Part shown: one piece after another, positions 13,901 to 24,600 of the stretch | Layout of the letters: each line of letters starts with the position of its first letter | Position numbering within the stretch: position 1 is the stretch's first letter | DNA from: Trypanosoma brucei | Lineage: Eukaryota | DNA length: 64,000 nt | Assembly: GCA_000002445.1 (NCBI GenBank) | Contig: AE017150.2 | Location: 512,001-576,000 of the forward strand | Direction of reading: 5' to 3' | The notes under the pieces: model-generated | What the model was told of the DNA's origin: nothing | What the model saw: only the letters and a program-made list of their open reading frames with translations | Database searches by the model: none | Made by a program: the position numbers and the translations under genes

Positions 13901-16900
13901 GGGCCACGTGGGTAGTAGTCCGCTAACGTCATCCACCGCGGAAGTCCCTGCGAAGCAAACTGATGTATTGTGCAAAAACGAAGTCGATGTCCCAAAATTG
14001 CGACGGCAAGCTGAAATATCAACAGCCACTGCACCACGTGCGGAGAGAAAGGATGGAAACAACCTAAATCATGCCATATCAATACGGTTGGTGAACTCTT
14101 CTTTTGTTTTGCCTTTGAACTTAAGCGTGGAGTGTGAACCCACGGTGAGGTTTGCGAGCAACCGTGTGACGGTACCTCCTGGTCAAACCGTTGTGGTGGA
14201 GGCTGTGCTCGTTCCGAAGCTGATCCAGTCTGAGGGGCCATTTCGTCTTTCCGTTTACTTCGTGAATGAACAGAATCCAGAGAATGACATGGTTGTCTGC
14301 GTCACGGGCCAATACTACCAAAAGTCGTTTAGGCTTTCATGGGACGGAGTCGTTGATGGCCGCAAGGAGTCGCTGTCGATGCAACCGCTTCGTTTGGAAG
14401 ACATATCCACCGCTACTTCGGCCGTTCTCTCTCAAACAAAAATCACAATGACGGCCGTAGAGCCAAACATTGAGGTTGGAGTACGGGCAGTTGTGAATCC
14501 AGAGCTTGAAGGTGTTATTCAGCTTCAGGCACTGCAGTATGACGCCTCTTCCACCCTGCAGAGCGTTATATTTGGCCAAGTGCCACTGCTGGCCATGGCT
14601 GGAAACACCAATCCCAACAGCGACAGCGTCGCTGGTGTGTCTGTTAACAGTGGTGGAGCCCCTGGCAACGGTGGGAGCAACAATGGCAGTGGGTTAACGG
14701 CTGGCGCTGTGGGCACGGGCTCGAATACTGGTGGAATAACTCCGGTCGGTGCCGATTCTGGGGGCGCTTTACCCGCTGTGGGTGTGGCGGGCAGCGCTGG
14801 AGGTCCGCTGAATGCAGGTTGTGGTTGTGCCGCAGACAATCCTGCAGCGCCGTCAGTCCCAGGAAGGGGCGTAGTGGTTTGCTCAAAGGATCATCAACAA
14901 TTTCGGTTGCGTTGCGTACTTGTTAAGGAGGATTTTCCAGTGTTGGCGGGTGTTTTCTTCGGGCAGCGAAAGCATAAACACACGGCCGATATTCTTCGCG
15001 AGAGACAGGGCCTAACATTCACCAAGCTTGAGGAGTTAAAGTCGCAACGTTCCGCGGTATCCCAAACGATGTGGTTAGGAACACTCCACTTCTCGAATGA
15101 GGTGACGGGAGGTGATGAGGAGGTGCAAATATTTAGTTCACTTAGCGCGTTCTGCACTTTCAAGGTATCGTCCAAACTGGTGCTCCGGCCACGGTGCTCC
15201 TTGACTTCGGGATCCGCCGTGGACGGTGCAACTGCAGTAGCACATGTGGGGACGGCGACAGTAGCTCCCGAGGCGATGTACGTTTATGAAGGTGAGTTGG
15301 TTGTCTCAAATCTCTGCCAGGAGCACGTTGTAAGGCTTTCCATCACCCCGTTGCTAAATTGTGGACATCACGACGGTGTCGTTCTTCAGTGCGTATCGTG
15401 TGAAGGATCCAAGGATACGGCAGGGATGTCTGCGGATGATGCCTCTGCGACGGGAAATAGCAATAATTTCGCCAGCAGTGACATTGGTTACGGTGACGGT
15501 GCTAACCTTGCTGATGTATGTACGAAAAATGACTCACGGGCGTCCCTACCAGTTTCTAGTAGTGCTCATCTACCAGAATTACCGCAAACAAACGTGAAGT
15601 CCCCTGGTACCGCCTCACAATCAACGGTAATAATGCCGATATCTCCTCAGAATACCGTGCGTGTGCGGGTGTTGCTTTGCATAGACAGAGCGCGTAACAA
15701 ATCGAGTGTTGAACAGGGCGCTGGATTGGCCCTGTTTGATGAAGCCGTTGCGTGCAGCTTCGCTGCCGTTCGTATCTCACTTGCGCCGGCAGATGATAAC
15801 GACCGAGAGAAGGAGCAGCAACAAAAGCAGCAAGAACAACTTACCAGGCAACCCTTTCGACGTGCGGATTCCTCTGGTGTTTTGGCTAGTGGAAATTCTG
15901 GCTCCGTTTCTTACAAAGCCGTAAAGGACAACATCTCGGAAGGAGAGAAGGGGGTTGCAGCAGACAGGGAGGACACTGCAGTAGGGAATGCTGCCCCACC
16001 CGGGAGCAACCCGTTGGATGTAACACCCGATGTTAAACCTGACCGCCCCGAGATCCTCTCTTCGCAGCTCACACGGTCCCACACTGTGCTCTCCCTTAGC
16101 GGCAACTGCACCGAAGTGCGCGACTGCACGGGGGTGTACACCTCTAGCTTTTCTTTCAGCAAGGACTCCGTGCCCACTACAGACATCACTATCACTAATC
16201 ACCTCAGTGACGGTGCGGTTGAGTATGCCGTTGCTGTCATTTCCCAAGGCCCACAGCCATGGTTGCTTCTTCCAGTTTCCACCGCTGTGCTGGAACCTGG
16301 GGAGACCCAACCACTTCGGCTCAACATTCTCTCCACAGATGCTGGTTCGTTCGTTGGTCACGTGAGCATCAGCAGTGGTATCACCCCTGGAAAGCTAATC
16401 CTGTTGAAATTGAATGCTGAGGTGTTCCTTCCCACTGCGGGGGAGGGTCTGTTTGAAATTCTTACTTCCAATGGGCAGCGTCTCTCTAGCGGAATGGAGA
16501 AAGATATTTTCGTTGGGAGGCTCTTTGGGGACAAAACTCACCGTGCCCGCGTGGCCCTTGAGATTGTGAACCGCTCCTCTGTTCCTCTTGAGTTCCCTGT
16601 GAGTGTGGGGAAGTCGATGCGCATGGAATACATAAGTGCTCCGGGGGAGGAGGTGAGCTCAGCAATAATGAGGAACAATATCTCCGATACCGCAGGTGGC
16701 CGCGACGTTGATCTGAAAACTGGCCCACGCACCGCGAAGGAAGCCGATGAGGAGGATAGCAAGCAGCAGGAACAACGCGGAGCTTACAATGATGGTGACA
16801 GGGGTTCCGGTAACGTGCCTGGTGCCTCTCATCCCCGGTGTTCCGTCCGACTTCTCGTGTGTCATTTACACAGCGTGTCGGCGATGCGTGGCGAGCGATA

Positions 16901-18194
16901 CTTTGTTGTTGACCCAAAGTCTCGACTGAAGGTGGCCTTTTTGTTGGTGTGTGATCACCTACAGTTACCAGGGGGTCTTTCAGCATCCGGTGAGGCTGAG
17001 GTGGTGCTGACTTGCAAGCAGGCCCGTGACGCACGATACGTGTTTAAGACATACTTCCGTGTCTGTAGACCTTCTTTCTCCGTGCAGAGGGAGCAGCTTT
17101 TCACTCAGGTGGAGAACTACACGGTTGCCCTTGCGGTGACTAATCTTAACCCTCAGGAGTCTCTAATTTTGTTCCGGACCGCTTCACCCGTGCTCGTTGT
17201 CCAAGTTCCGACTGAGCAAGAAGGGGAGGACCCAGGCTGTGCTCTGATTACTATTGCAGGTGGGGCGACCGCGTTTTTTAACGTTCGGCTTGACATTTCG
17301 CGGCTTGCTTCCTTGTACAACTGGAGTAAGTCGGGAAATAACAGCGGCAACGGTGATGATACCGCTAACTGTGATGTGGATACTTTGTTGCAACCGTTGT
17401 CTGAGCATGGCGTGCTACTCAATGTCCGCAACCCAAGTGAACACGTTCGAGTGGAGTTTTGCTTTTTCCCGTCCACGACTGTTCAGGGACCTTCCGCCTC
17501 GTCCTTGTCAGCTGCGGCGGTGGCAGCGGTGTACCCTGTTTCGCAGTCGATCAAGTTGTCGCGCCGACTCAACTGCGAAAAGCGGCTGTACCGCTTTGTT
17601 CAAGAGTTTTCACGTGTGTTGTCCGAAGTATCAGAGTTTCTTCTACCAGAGATACAGGAGCATGCCTCTCTTGAGGGGTTTCTCCTTTCACCAACTGTAA
17701 ATGATGGCACGAGTGGTGGGACTACGACGGGTCGCGGCTCCGGATTCGGTAACAATTGGAATAATGGTGATAGTACTCATGGAGGCGCTGTTGGAAGTGG
17801 TGGTAGCACTGCTGGAGCTGCCAGTCATGAGAGTGTCAGTGGCGCAGGGCATCCGGGTCGGAAGGACAGTTTGGAGGGGAGGGAGGAGGGAGATGAGGAT
17901 AACCGTGTGAGTTTGTTGGAGGATCGAATGCCTTCCTCTCAACGCTCCCACTGCTGGCGGGCTCTTCATGGGTTATTAGTGGACCTTTCTTGGTTGGTGG
18001 AGGAGCTTGTGTATTACTCCATTATGCTCAGTAACTCCAGGGCCATCGAAGCGTACGGCGTCTTTCTTGCAACGTCGGTTAGCGGTCATCCACTGCTACG
18101 TCTCTGGCGGCAACACCGGAAGAAGTTGCCCCCAGCGTTGCCCCTTGCAATCTTCGAACAATTCCTCGAGGCAATCGATGCCCTCCCTTGTTGA
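7905..18194 (+). CDS. Giant (3,429 aa) protein built from repeated ASH/MSP-like Ig-fold modules, with a central coiled-coil segment and Gly/Ser/Asn low-complexity stretches. Probably a flagellar/axonemal hydin- or CFAP-like protein.
   Basis: The 10.3-kb ORF is uninterrupted. The track start at 7902 is GTG; the first ATG is at 7905. It sits downstream of a T-rich spacer. One motif recurs through the translation: 'LQFGTLAVNETP...', 'LDFGAVYRGTRVVREVSICNVS', 'INFGDCPVGQTRRVTFHIENPS', 'FELGGQRAKHFGEVNVGERRSTKVPITNQCNS', 'FIDMGSVAPHCHQAQTTLTVWNPS' and 'IDLGVVVVNKGHVGSSP'. This hydrophobic-x-F/L-G-x-V-x-x-G...N-x-S pattern is the hallmark of ASH/MSP domains. There is also a coiled-coil stretch, 'KLEEKIEKLEQKLKIYRRKNKVDKVAAAVRQIEELKRAL'. 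Confidence 0.8.
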   Translation: MLKVAPSELQFGTLAVNETPAYCRFCVQNADTHESLSVKLTAATYSSCVRFQLCDDALLVDDDDADGGGMYGSWQCSDTLGPTPKFYNAAYDSINLIELLELHPNEAREIIAIFSPDPEVFPNVVERTAPTLVSGTIQLTSTSLPRATPARSLTWSDDVGCVTSSCAPSPLLCAGDKGCSPLFSSQPTPLSRTADGTLKSKTVTSANRGFLHAAVRSETLTLPFSATVFLSAFTVSVSELQATMAPSRTHLMGFKITNISPLPLQLVIRMQTMPHKNVELTVCEEDQFEVSLIGRVLVLDGHASMNFTVIVRTAAVSELAGSGAIMKRFCHRTVLQCDNLRDARNSELISVNVNVVPEHLQKPLVSVADPYLDFGAVYRGTRVVREVSICNVSREDLTVRLLNPRPPHCEGVLTLVRGARSEASGGKDIKSVKNSTPVKITDKKKSSTAVVGPYDNIVPADELVMAAQKGSLQVGVMYVASTDSEYKGTANLKFELDFVITGYESGANSSRREQRVVVRCVATLFTSTIVAPLTNINFGDCPVGQTRRVTFHIENPSLLPTTINVQLRSKIVSIEGVPARLSETGAPETVGEFSIAPQSSLPLTLRMTPQRVNPTYCKQLTVVNVSNPAEDRLILTIEANNMQPADMELHNEFYTCESRPLCYEDGVNKTRDGASGGSSIEADERSGGGAAPLRAIASVPLFVAYRLLSRVNYPLELQLSTTGAEIGTFCLEGMPSADWEALAVELHSCCCFGGEDTASKLAPERAEEVRDGVMRALNNHAMSVSSVVLEPRGSTTLYACILRNSIGGVDAVTKEDGINIGIEHVELRRFMRLSYRVCSTRFELGGQRAKHFGEVNVGERRSTKVPITNQCNSLLLLRVTKSRSVMAGYIRVDGSDRNSIYFRIRPFATKELELTFSPGLKGSLEERIQFVNILNPGNEVVITVKATVTKAETFDVSPDSWSFGLVSVPMLQPVTSGVATNVRGSTLVAGKGNGGAGNDDSSRQVARVGARFTVSNTSSARRALRLKLDTTVSNSSVGGGNENAHCPLERFFRFEGIDVRLQLEMERGGASSGSSRKLEEKIEKLEQKLKIYRRKNKVDKVAAAVRQIEELKRALMGEVVDINTLEPDDGDTKSRDPQQQRLQDLKSPRETPEGEDEKFAASKVRLQEHGELLSMLLRDGIALSEMNAGESIILVLGITCTRTAEHIPAAQSGILTFVLYEANDTEASRTIPVDITLVRVEGEADIGTVVGGERPLAHAGKAGGGSSTDANLPGILPPTPRSPSRPGSDNPSPMQAPPETSGGAAQLTRPGPASQCDSTSFISLELGDVVGVSSFMCFPMISLNNCVVQERCDFTFYVRTTMDTSIVVLEPFRCCGPGVVTSGSYGGCMDAMVDACGAMDDREICKGSAAVSHMATARVVGEEMSALSGPCSTLRATVRTLDASFRFSRRRGALHSRQPLSINVQCTPSSGGPQRYFIPVANLQDEGNVTYLVVSLNPSPVDDGCLLKVAPSTLSMRDIVLPCDTALLDVQSFAVRSHVGRPHALLIRSTRPALVRLFEDAKCSVPLKNPVRCSFSEKLKVYVQLRPSEHSRKHASRVVTAGILIEAIVSTRGLDCGHSGDPIHGGQCGYAILAHSVVRVSARIGSGELVLRESFIDMGSVAPHCHQAQTTLTVWNPSDCFEVRARLVASMPLTGIGIPEITLPPGGKVDVPITLHIPTPGLVRESISLHNLSCKQKTLSVRLNVLRLDEAISVSVVPYEVQMQGEALLHSTAVHPGCAQDGCGVVAFPTAAVVCGEGGVFRLHNPVVSTAMHVTNNSMRSLILIARSSAPFVFGHPDTTLQLSGVPPYHEDGFVSMYLPSPPDSYPSSLAETETETEAEAEMKPLSHSYTRGRLLLDARHTQAVAWTLTSTPPFTLKQKQRLLRHELVTVEVAAYIYVGQVVEETTGFPFNDMMFSAVRPLPMAEQCVLVPKFLLNFAVSEGRVEPSVIDLGVVVVNKGHVGSSPLTSSTAEVPAKQTDVLCKNEVDVPKLRRQAEISTATAPRAERKDGNNLNHAISIRLVNSSFVLPLNLSVECEPTVRFASNRVTVPPGQTVVVEAVLVPKLIQSEGPFRLSVYFVNEQNPENDMVVCVTGQYYQKSFRLSWDGVVDGRKESLSMQPLRLEDISTATSAVLSQTKITMTAVEPNIEVGVRAVVNPELEGVIQLQALQYDASSTLQSVIFGQVPLLAMAGNTNPNSDSVAGVSVNSGGAPGNGGSNNGSGLTAGAVGTGSNTGGITPVGADSGGALPAVGVAGSAGGPLNAGCGCAADNPAAPSVPGRGVVVCSKDHQQFRLRCVLVKEDFPVLAGVFFGQRKHKHTADILRERQGLTFTKLEELKSQRSAVSQTMWLGTLHFSNEVTGGDEEVQIFSSLSAFCTFKVSSKLVLRPRCSLTSGSAVDGATAVAHVGTATVAPEAMYVYEGELVVSNLCQEHVVRLSITPLLNCGHHDGVVLQCVSCEGSKDTAGMSADDASATGNSNNFASSDIGYGDGANLADVCTKNDSRASLPVSSSAHLPELPQTNVKSPGTASQSTVIMPISPQNTVRVRVLLCIDRARNKSSVEQGAGLALFDEAVACSFAAVRISLAPADDNDREKEQQQKQQEQLTRQPFRRADSSGVLASGNSGSVSYKAVKDNISEGEKGVAADREDTAVGNAAPPGSNPLDVTPDVKPDRPEILSSQLTRSHTVLSLSGNCTEVRDCTGVYTSSFSFSKDSVPTTDITITNHLSDGAVEYAVAVISQGPQPWLLLPVSTAVLEPGETQPLRLNILSTDAGSFVGHVSISSGITPGKLILLKLNAEVFLPTAGEGLFEILTSNGQRLSSGMEKDIFVGRLFGDKTHRARVALEIVNRSSVPLEFPVSVGKSMRMEYISAPGEEVSSAIMRNNISDTAGGRDVDLKTGPRTAKEADEEDSKQQEQRGAYNDGDRGSGNVPGASHPRCSVRLLVCHLHSVSAMRGERYFVVDPKSRLKVAFLLVCDHLQLPGGLSASGEAEVVLTCKQARDARYVFKTYFRVCRPSFSVQREQLFTQVENYTVALAVTNLNPQESLILFRTASPVLVVQVPTEQEGEDPGCALITIAGGATAFFNVRLDISRLASLYNWSKSGNNSGNGDDTANCDVDTLLQPLSEHGVLLNVRNPSEHVRVEFCFFPSTTVQGPSASSLSAAAVAAVYPVSQSIKLSRRLNCEKRLYRFVQEFSRVLSEVSEFLLPEIQEHASLEGFLLSPTVNDGTSGGTTTGRGSGFGNNWNNGDSTHGGAVGSGGSTAGAASHESVSGAGHPGRKDSLEGREEGDEDNRVSLLEDRMPSSQRSHCWRALHGLLVDLSWLVEELVYYSIMLSNSRAIEAYGVFLATSVSGHPLLRLWRQHRKKLPPALPLAIFEQFLEAIDALPC

Positions 18195-18890
18195 ACAGAA
18201 CCGTCAGTTAGGCACAAGTCCGCTGTGTAAGGTCGGTATTGAGCGTTTGTTGAGGTGATATGATGCTGCGTCAAGGGATTATATGCGTACATATATATAT
18301 ATATTTATGTACATGTGTCTGTGTATTTAAATGCAAACACGTATGTGCTGCGTTCTTTTAGTTGCTTTAGGCATTTGCCGGGTAGGGGTGTGATCCCCGG
18401 TTGAAGTCTCGCAAAGACGAGTCTTTACGCTATCCTCGAACCACTGTGTATGTATGTGTTTGGGTATGTAGCACCACGGGGTTACTGTGGGAGAGGGATG
18501 CCAAAAATGAAAATGCATATTTTTCCGTGCTTAACGTGGTTTGTAGCACCTTTTCCTTCCTAGCCAGTAATCTTTTTCCCCCTTTTGGATACCTCCCGTT
18601 CTTCTTATCACGTTGGTGAGGCGCATAGCCGCATAAACAAGTGTAGCGGCTGGGGTTGCAGACGTGTGACGGTGGCGGTTTTTTTTTTCCTTCCTGTGAG
18701 GCACTATGTGCTGCGGTTGGAGCTGCTCACGTTGCCATCCCTCCCTGCTGCAGCTTCTTATTGTTGAAATCTCACTTGGACAACAATCCTCTGCGTCCTT
18801 TCTTATCGTTTCCCCTGCTAGCCAAAAGTGGCACGGTTCCTCCCCCTAGTGAGCTCACTGTATTTGTCGGCGGTGATATTTTGTTTAAAC

Positions 18891-18950
18891 TCATCATCTT
18901 TGTCTTTATTTCTTCTTTCTTTCTTTCTTCCTGTCCCTTTCCCTCGCTCT
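18891..18950 (+). promoter_or_regulatory. Polypyrimidine tract and downstream AG, a candidate trans-splice acceptor/polyadenylation-coupling region upstream of the H4 gene.
   Basis: 'tcatcatctttgtctttatttcttctttctttctttcttcctgtccctttccctcgctct' is followed by '...aaacag', about 180 nt before the ATG at 19130. Kinetoplastid pre-mRNA processing uses such polyY-AG signals. Confidence 0.5.
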
Positions 18951-18988
18951 ACAACATACTGATTTAAACAGTTCGCAGTTTTTCTTAA

Positions 18989-19432
<444 letters not shown>

Positions 19433-19550
19433 GAGATGCAAGGAAGCGAGCGTAATACTTAAAAAAAAAAATAATAATAAGGGGAAGGCAAACCAGAGAA
19501 AAATGAATAGAGGGGGTGAGGTAATTGTTTTATGGGGATACAAGAGGGTA

Positions 19551-19570
19551 GTGTGTGTGTGTGTGTGTGT
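19551..19570. repeat. (GT)10 microsatellite followed by a G-rich tract (ggggggga ggaggagggg aggg).
   Basis: Direct reading of the sequence about 120 bp downstream of the H4 stop. Confidence 0.9.
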
Positions 19571-21629
19571 GAGGGGGGGAGGAGGAGGGGAGGGAAAACA
19601 ATGAGTAAGAAAAAGGAAGTGAGTGAAAGAAGGATGATCTTGGAAAGTGGGGTTGTGTAGTAAAGGGAAGGTTTATCTATCATTTCTCTTTCTTTCTTTT
19701 TTTCTTTGCATCTTGTCACTGTTGGCACACCTTCGGTGAGTAGGAATTGCATATGTTTGTGTGTGTGTGGGTCTGTTACATATGGCGCGTCAACCCGTAG
19801 GTTAAAGACGTGGCGCAAATGTGATAACTGTGAGTGACTCTGTGTTTTCCTCCCTTCTTTATTCCCTCCTCACGAAGTGGTTGCTGTGCCTGTTCAGTGA
19901 TTGAATCGTAAGTTGTATGGAGTAGTGAACGTTGCCTGTAAGTGAACCAACCGGAAAGAAGGGATTGGAAAGGCGGCGCGGTTTTGCAATTCAGGTACAT
20001 AGCTTAGGATATGTTGCGATGTTGCGCAGGAGGTTCCTTCTTTTTTTTTTTTCATTTTTGTTGGAAGGGAAGGGGGCGGGTAGTGGAGGAAAGAATAACG
20101 AGAACCGCAAAGATGTAGTTATAACAGCATAGCGGTTAGTTTTGTTGATTTGACTCCCCAACTTGTAACGATCGGAGCCCCTGGTTTGGCACCCGTGTCT
20201 TCCTCATCCAAACGAAACATCAGGGAGATGTTGCGAGTTAAAGAAGGGGCGATGGAAAAGAAAAAAGAAAAAGAAAAAAAAATAACAACGGTAGAAGAGG
20301 AGGTACGAGTCTGCACACATAACTATGTTGAAAAGGGGGACTGGAGACACAGTGAAGGATTTTTTTGTGCATATAAACATAAAGGAGATTGTAGTTTGCA
20401 TCTGCGCATGCAACACATTCGGCTGATTTCCAATTATGTGTTTCTGCGCTGCATCATTGTTGTTGGGGTAGGTCTTACCATATCCTCCGTAGTCAAGGCA
20501 GCTTCTTTTCCTTTTCCTTTCCCTTCCCTTCCCTTTTTTTACTTTTTTCTTTTGCTCAAATGCTTGCGAATGTATATATGTATATATATATATGTTTGCA
20601 TCTGATTCTCTCAGCGTATCTCTCTCTTCTCCGGCTTGTATCTGTGTTTTTGTTTTTTTTTTGTACGTCATTTGCTCCATTATTTTACCATTTCAATCAA
20701 GGCCAATCTGTTGAAAGCAGGAGATGTTTGTTTATGTGTGTGTGAGGTGCGGCAGGTAGTGGTTGTGGCATTACAAATGCGTGTGTCTGTTTTACATACG
20801 AGTGCCCTCGACGTGGTAATAATTATCATCATTATCACAATGTCACCACTTGTGTTCCTGGCTTACTTTTCATTCCGTTGGCACTATGGTGTAAAACATG
20901 CGTACATATGTATATATATATATAGATGTGTGTGTATTTGTATGTGCGGGCACGTGGACTCGCACACCCATTGGTGTCGTAGGCCTCGCTACCTCCACTT
21001 TCTCTCACTTCTGCTTCTTTAAACATGGCAAGTTGTTTGTAATTTTATTCTTTAATTACTTGTGGTCATTGTTTGTTTCCCTTACCTGCTGCCCTGCGAG
21101 AGGAAACATATATTTCCTTCATCTAATTTATTCTCATGCGTACATATATATATATATATATATATAGATGTGTGTGTATCTCTTCTTTTTTTCTTTTCTT
21201 TTCTTTTTTTTATCAGGGGGTTCGAGCAGTGGGGAGTATATCCGGCAGCCCGTCCGTGAGTGCGTTAAAAGTATACGTTTTGGCGTACGTAGTTGTTTGC
21301 CTGCCCATACTGCCTCCCACTCTCTTGCCTAGTATAAATATAAATATTTATATATACTTGTGCATATATTTATATAAATACACACGTTTTAGTTTTCCTG
21401 AGCAGGAAGTAGTGATTTCATAGTGGACCCGCCGGCGCATTGCTGTGCAAGTTTATTTGGGGGAGGGGAAGGTTAGATTTCTTTTTTTTTTTTTGAAAAA
21501 AAAAGAAGAGAAGGTAGTCCCCTCCGCTCTCTGCGCGTTCTCTAGTTTGTATCATTATTTTCATCCCTTGTCTTGCTTTGTTGTTCGATTGGTCACTCTA
21601 AGTCTTTACGTACGAGCAGGTGACCACCC

Positions 21630-24600
21630 ATGCCCTTCGCGGCAAATGTTGTACAGAATACCAATGATCATAGTCACACTGGTGATAAAGGCAATGAAGG
21701 CGACATTGTGAAGGTGGGGGAAGGCGTGAGTTTACAATCGAGTACGTTGGACATCGTCAAATCAGTTGGTGAGGGAAGCGCCGCGGGTGAGGCTCCAGGC
21801 ACTTCTTTTCGCACCATTGCGGCTGGTGCGATGGGTAGCCGTGCGAAAGGCGCATGGGAGGTAACATCAACTTCAGGGAAACCCACGACAAGTTCAGAAA
21901 AAGGCGACACGGCGGGCTTTGCGGAGTCCCCAGGGAATAATCCCAACTTTCTTAGGTCGCCACTTCAGCGTGTGTTAGTGCCGAAGACGAGTTCGAGAGG
22001 AACAAATAGACTCGACGGCAGGAACCCATTGGGGGAAGGTGCGGTGCGCAAAGATGGTGACAAGTCCAGTGGTAGTTGTGTTAAACCAAGCGTCAATGGT
22101 GACAACAAATGTGATACTATTGGGAGTCTTGCACGCCGTGCACCACCAGGGCTTACGATGGGACGTAGCGAACTTGGCAGTGCGAGGGATGAGTGGCCTG
22201 TGCAGTCTCCAAGAGGCGTGTGGCCCCATCCAGCGCTCAGTGGTAAAAGTAGTCCAAACTTTTATGGGAGCCCCGTGAATACTTCGACACGGGCTCCCTT
22301 TTTTTCACCACTGCCGGCTGCTGCTCTTCCCCCTAGTAACACAGTTCCTGGCACATTAAAGCGTCAACTATACAATGTAGATACCGCGAATGAGGAAATG
22401 ATGATGCCGAACAACAGTTTCGCCAGTACCATCGTCACCAGTGGTAGTCGATGTGATAATAGAGACCCTGCCTTTTCGGATTGTGGAGAAGCTGGAATCT
22501 TTACGCCTAAGCGTGTGGGACGTGATTCAAGGTCAGCGACACCGACCCGGTGGTATAACACATCATTTCATGGTAATTATGCGGGAGGTCCCATGAGAAG
22601 GACGAGTACAGCGGAACGTGGGAAGTTGTCAGCGGCGAATGAGCAGAATGGGGAGAGACGGGAAGTGCAGAGCGCGACGGTGAGTCCCGGATTGGGACCG
22701 ACTACTGTCGAGGTTTATGATACCTCTATTTCTTCTAGAACTGGAAACGCTATCAAGGAGCAAAGGTCACTTTCACCCAACGTGCAGCCGGCTTGTTTCT
22801 ATCCCATCAACTGGAGCAGCTGCCCTTCGAGAGATAATGATGATAGTAACGCAGGGGATCGCATCTCCGTCCCTGGTGCGGTGTTGGTGCCCGTTGACTC
22901 CGATGCCACAAATCGTGATCCCCAGGAAGGTGCACCCACTAATAGTTGTCAACTTCATAATCACTGCCTTAATCGCACAGATTCCGAGTGGTGGTTCAAG
23001 GACCCCACGATTTTCTTGCTCAATGTCAATCTCATAAAACTACTCGAGTTGAGGGAGGAGATGGAAAGACTAAATGAACAACGGAGTGTGGATCGACCGC
23101 ATTCTGCATATGAAAGAAGGGGAAGGGAGGCGTCACTGCACTCTTCCCACTCCATTATGCTCGCCGGCATGCTCGAAAAACTGGAGTCTATTCAGTTCCA
23201 AATAGCATACTCTATTTTGGACATCAAAAACGTGTTGTTAAAGCACCATTTCGCGAAATGGTCAAATACGGGGGTTCGAGATTGTGTTTCGAACGTTGTC
23301 TCAGCGTGGGATGCACACGGGCCAGCCTCTAAGGAATTTAAGGAAGCATCCTACATTCTTCTAGACCTGGTTTCAGCCGAAGAGCGTGGAAGCATCACAT
23401 ACACCAACGTTCACCGCATGTGGAATGCCCTTGGTACCAGCCGCACCGCATCGTGTGCCGCTACTGCATTCTGTTTTGTGTCACTTCTCTGCTTCGTGGT
23501 TGTCGCTGCGGCTGGCACACTTCCCGGTTGGGTTTGTGCAGCCGTGGCTTCTATCGGTGCGCTTCTTATGGTTTCCGTCGTTACGATTACGTCGGTACAG
23601 CTGCACTACAGCTCCGTTTCCGCACGTGTCTGGGGATTCAGCCACAATGAGATGTTAAAGCGTGTAGAGGCCGTTCAACAAAACCTCTACGATGGGGGAG
23701 AGGGGGCGACGGGCGTGCCCGTTGGATATAGTGATTTAGTTGCAGTGCAAAAAGCACCGGGCAGTAGCTCCACCTGTTTCCAACTGGGCAAGACCAGCTC
23801 CCAGGGGCATATGTTACCTCAACAAGATGCACCGCGGGATGATTGCGCCAGGGACTGCGGGCCGCTCTCGTCCAGAAATTCCTTTTACTCGCGTAGCCAG
23901 TTAAGGATACCAAATGATACCACTGGGATCTTACGTAAAGTCCCATCCATGTCAAATGTGAAGTGCTCTTCGGGTGCAAGTAATGGTGCTATTAGCAGTG
24001 GGAGGAGCGAGAAGCAGGCAGGTTCCTTGAGAGATTCGTCTCCCTGCCTGCGCAGGGCTGATCGTCAAGAGAATGATTGGTGGAATCAACCGGCTGGGGG
24101 CCGCTGGAATGATGATTCCTTCAATCGGTGCTCTCCTATGGAGCGGGTTCCCGTGGGCCATGCAGACAATCCATTGGTTGCCGGTGGCTCTGGGAGGGAG
24201 TGGCAAGAGGCATTGAGTGAACAGAAGAGAGAGTGCGACACTGCCGTTCGGAAGCAAATTGGTCGTCGTCAATCCGTTGATGGTGACAGGGCAGCCGCCA
24301 ATGTTCTGGCGGTACCCTCTGAGTTCAATCACGGAGAAGAGAGGCCCAGACAATTCCGTGGCGCACAACGCCCCCAATCGAGGGGAGTAGACAGTGAAGT
24401 AGAGCGAATGTTGCGCGACGCCGCCTCCAAGGCCGCTTTAAATTCGGCATACGTTGCCCCTATGAACATTTTTTCCGATGAAGCGTCACCAGGTTCTTCG
24501 CTGCTTCTTACGTCGGCTACGGGTATGCAGGGCAACCTCCTCGGCACAGGCTCCGATGGACTTCCTATTACTGCATTCGTGTACTGCCTGGACGATGTGG

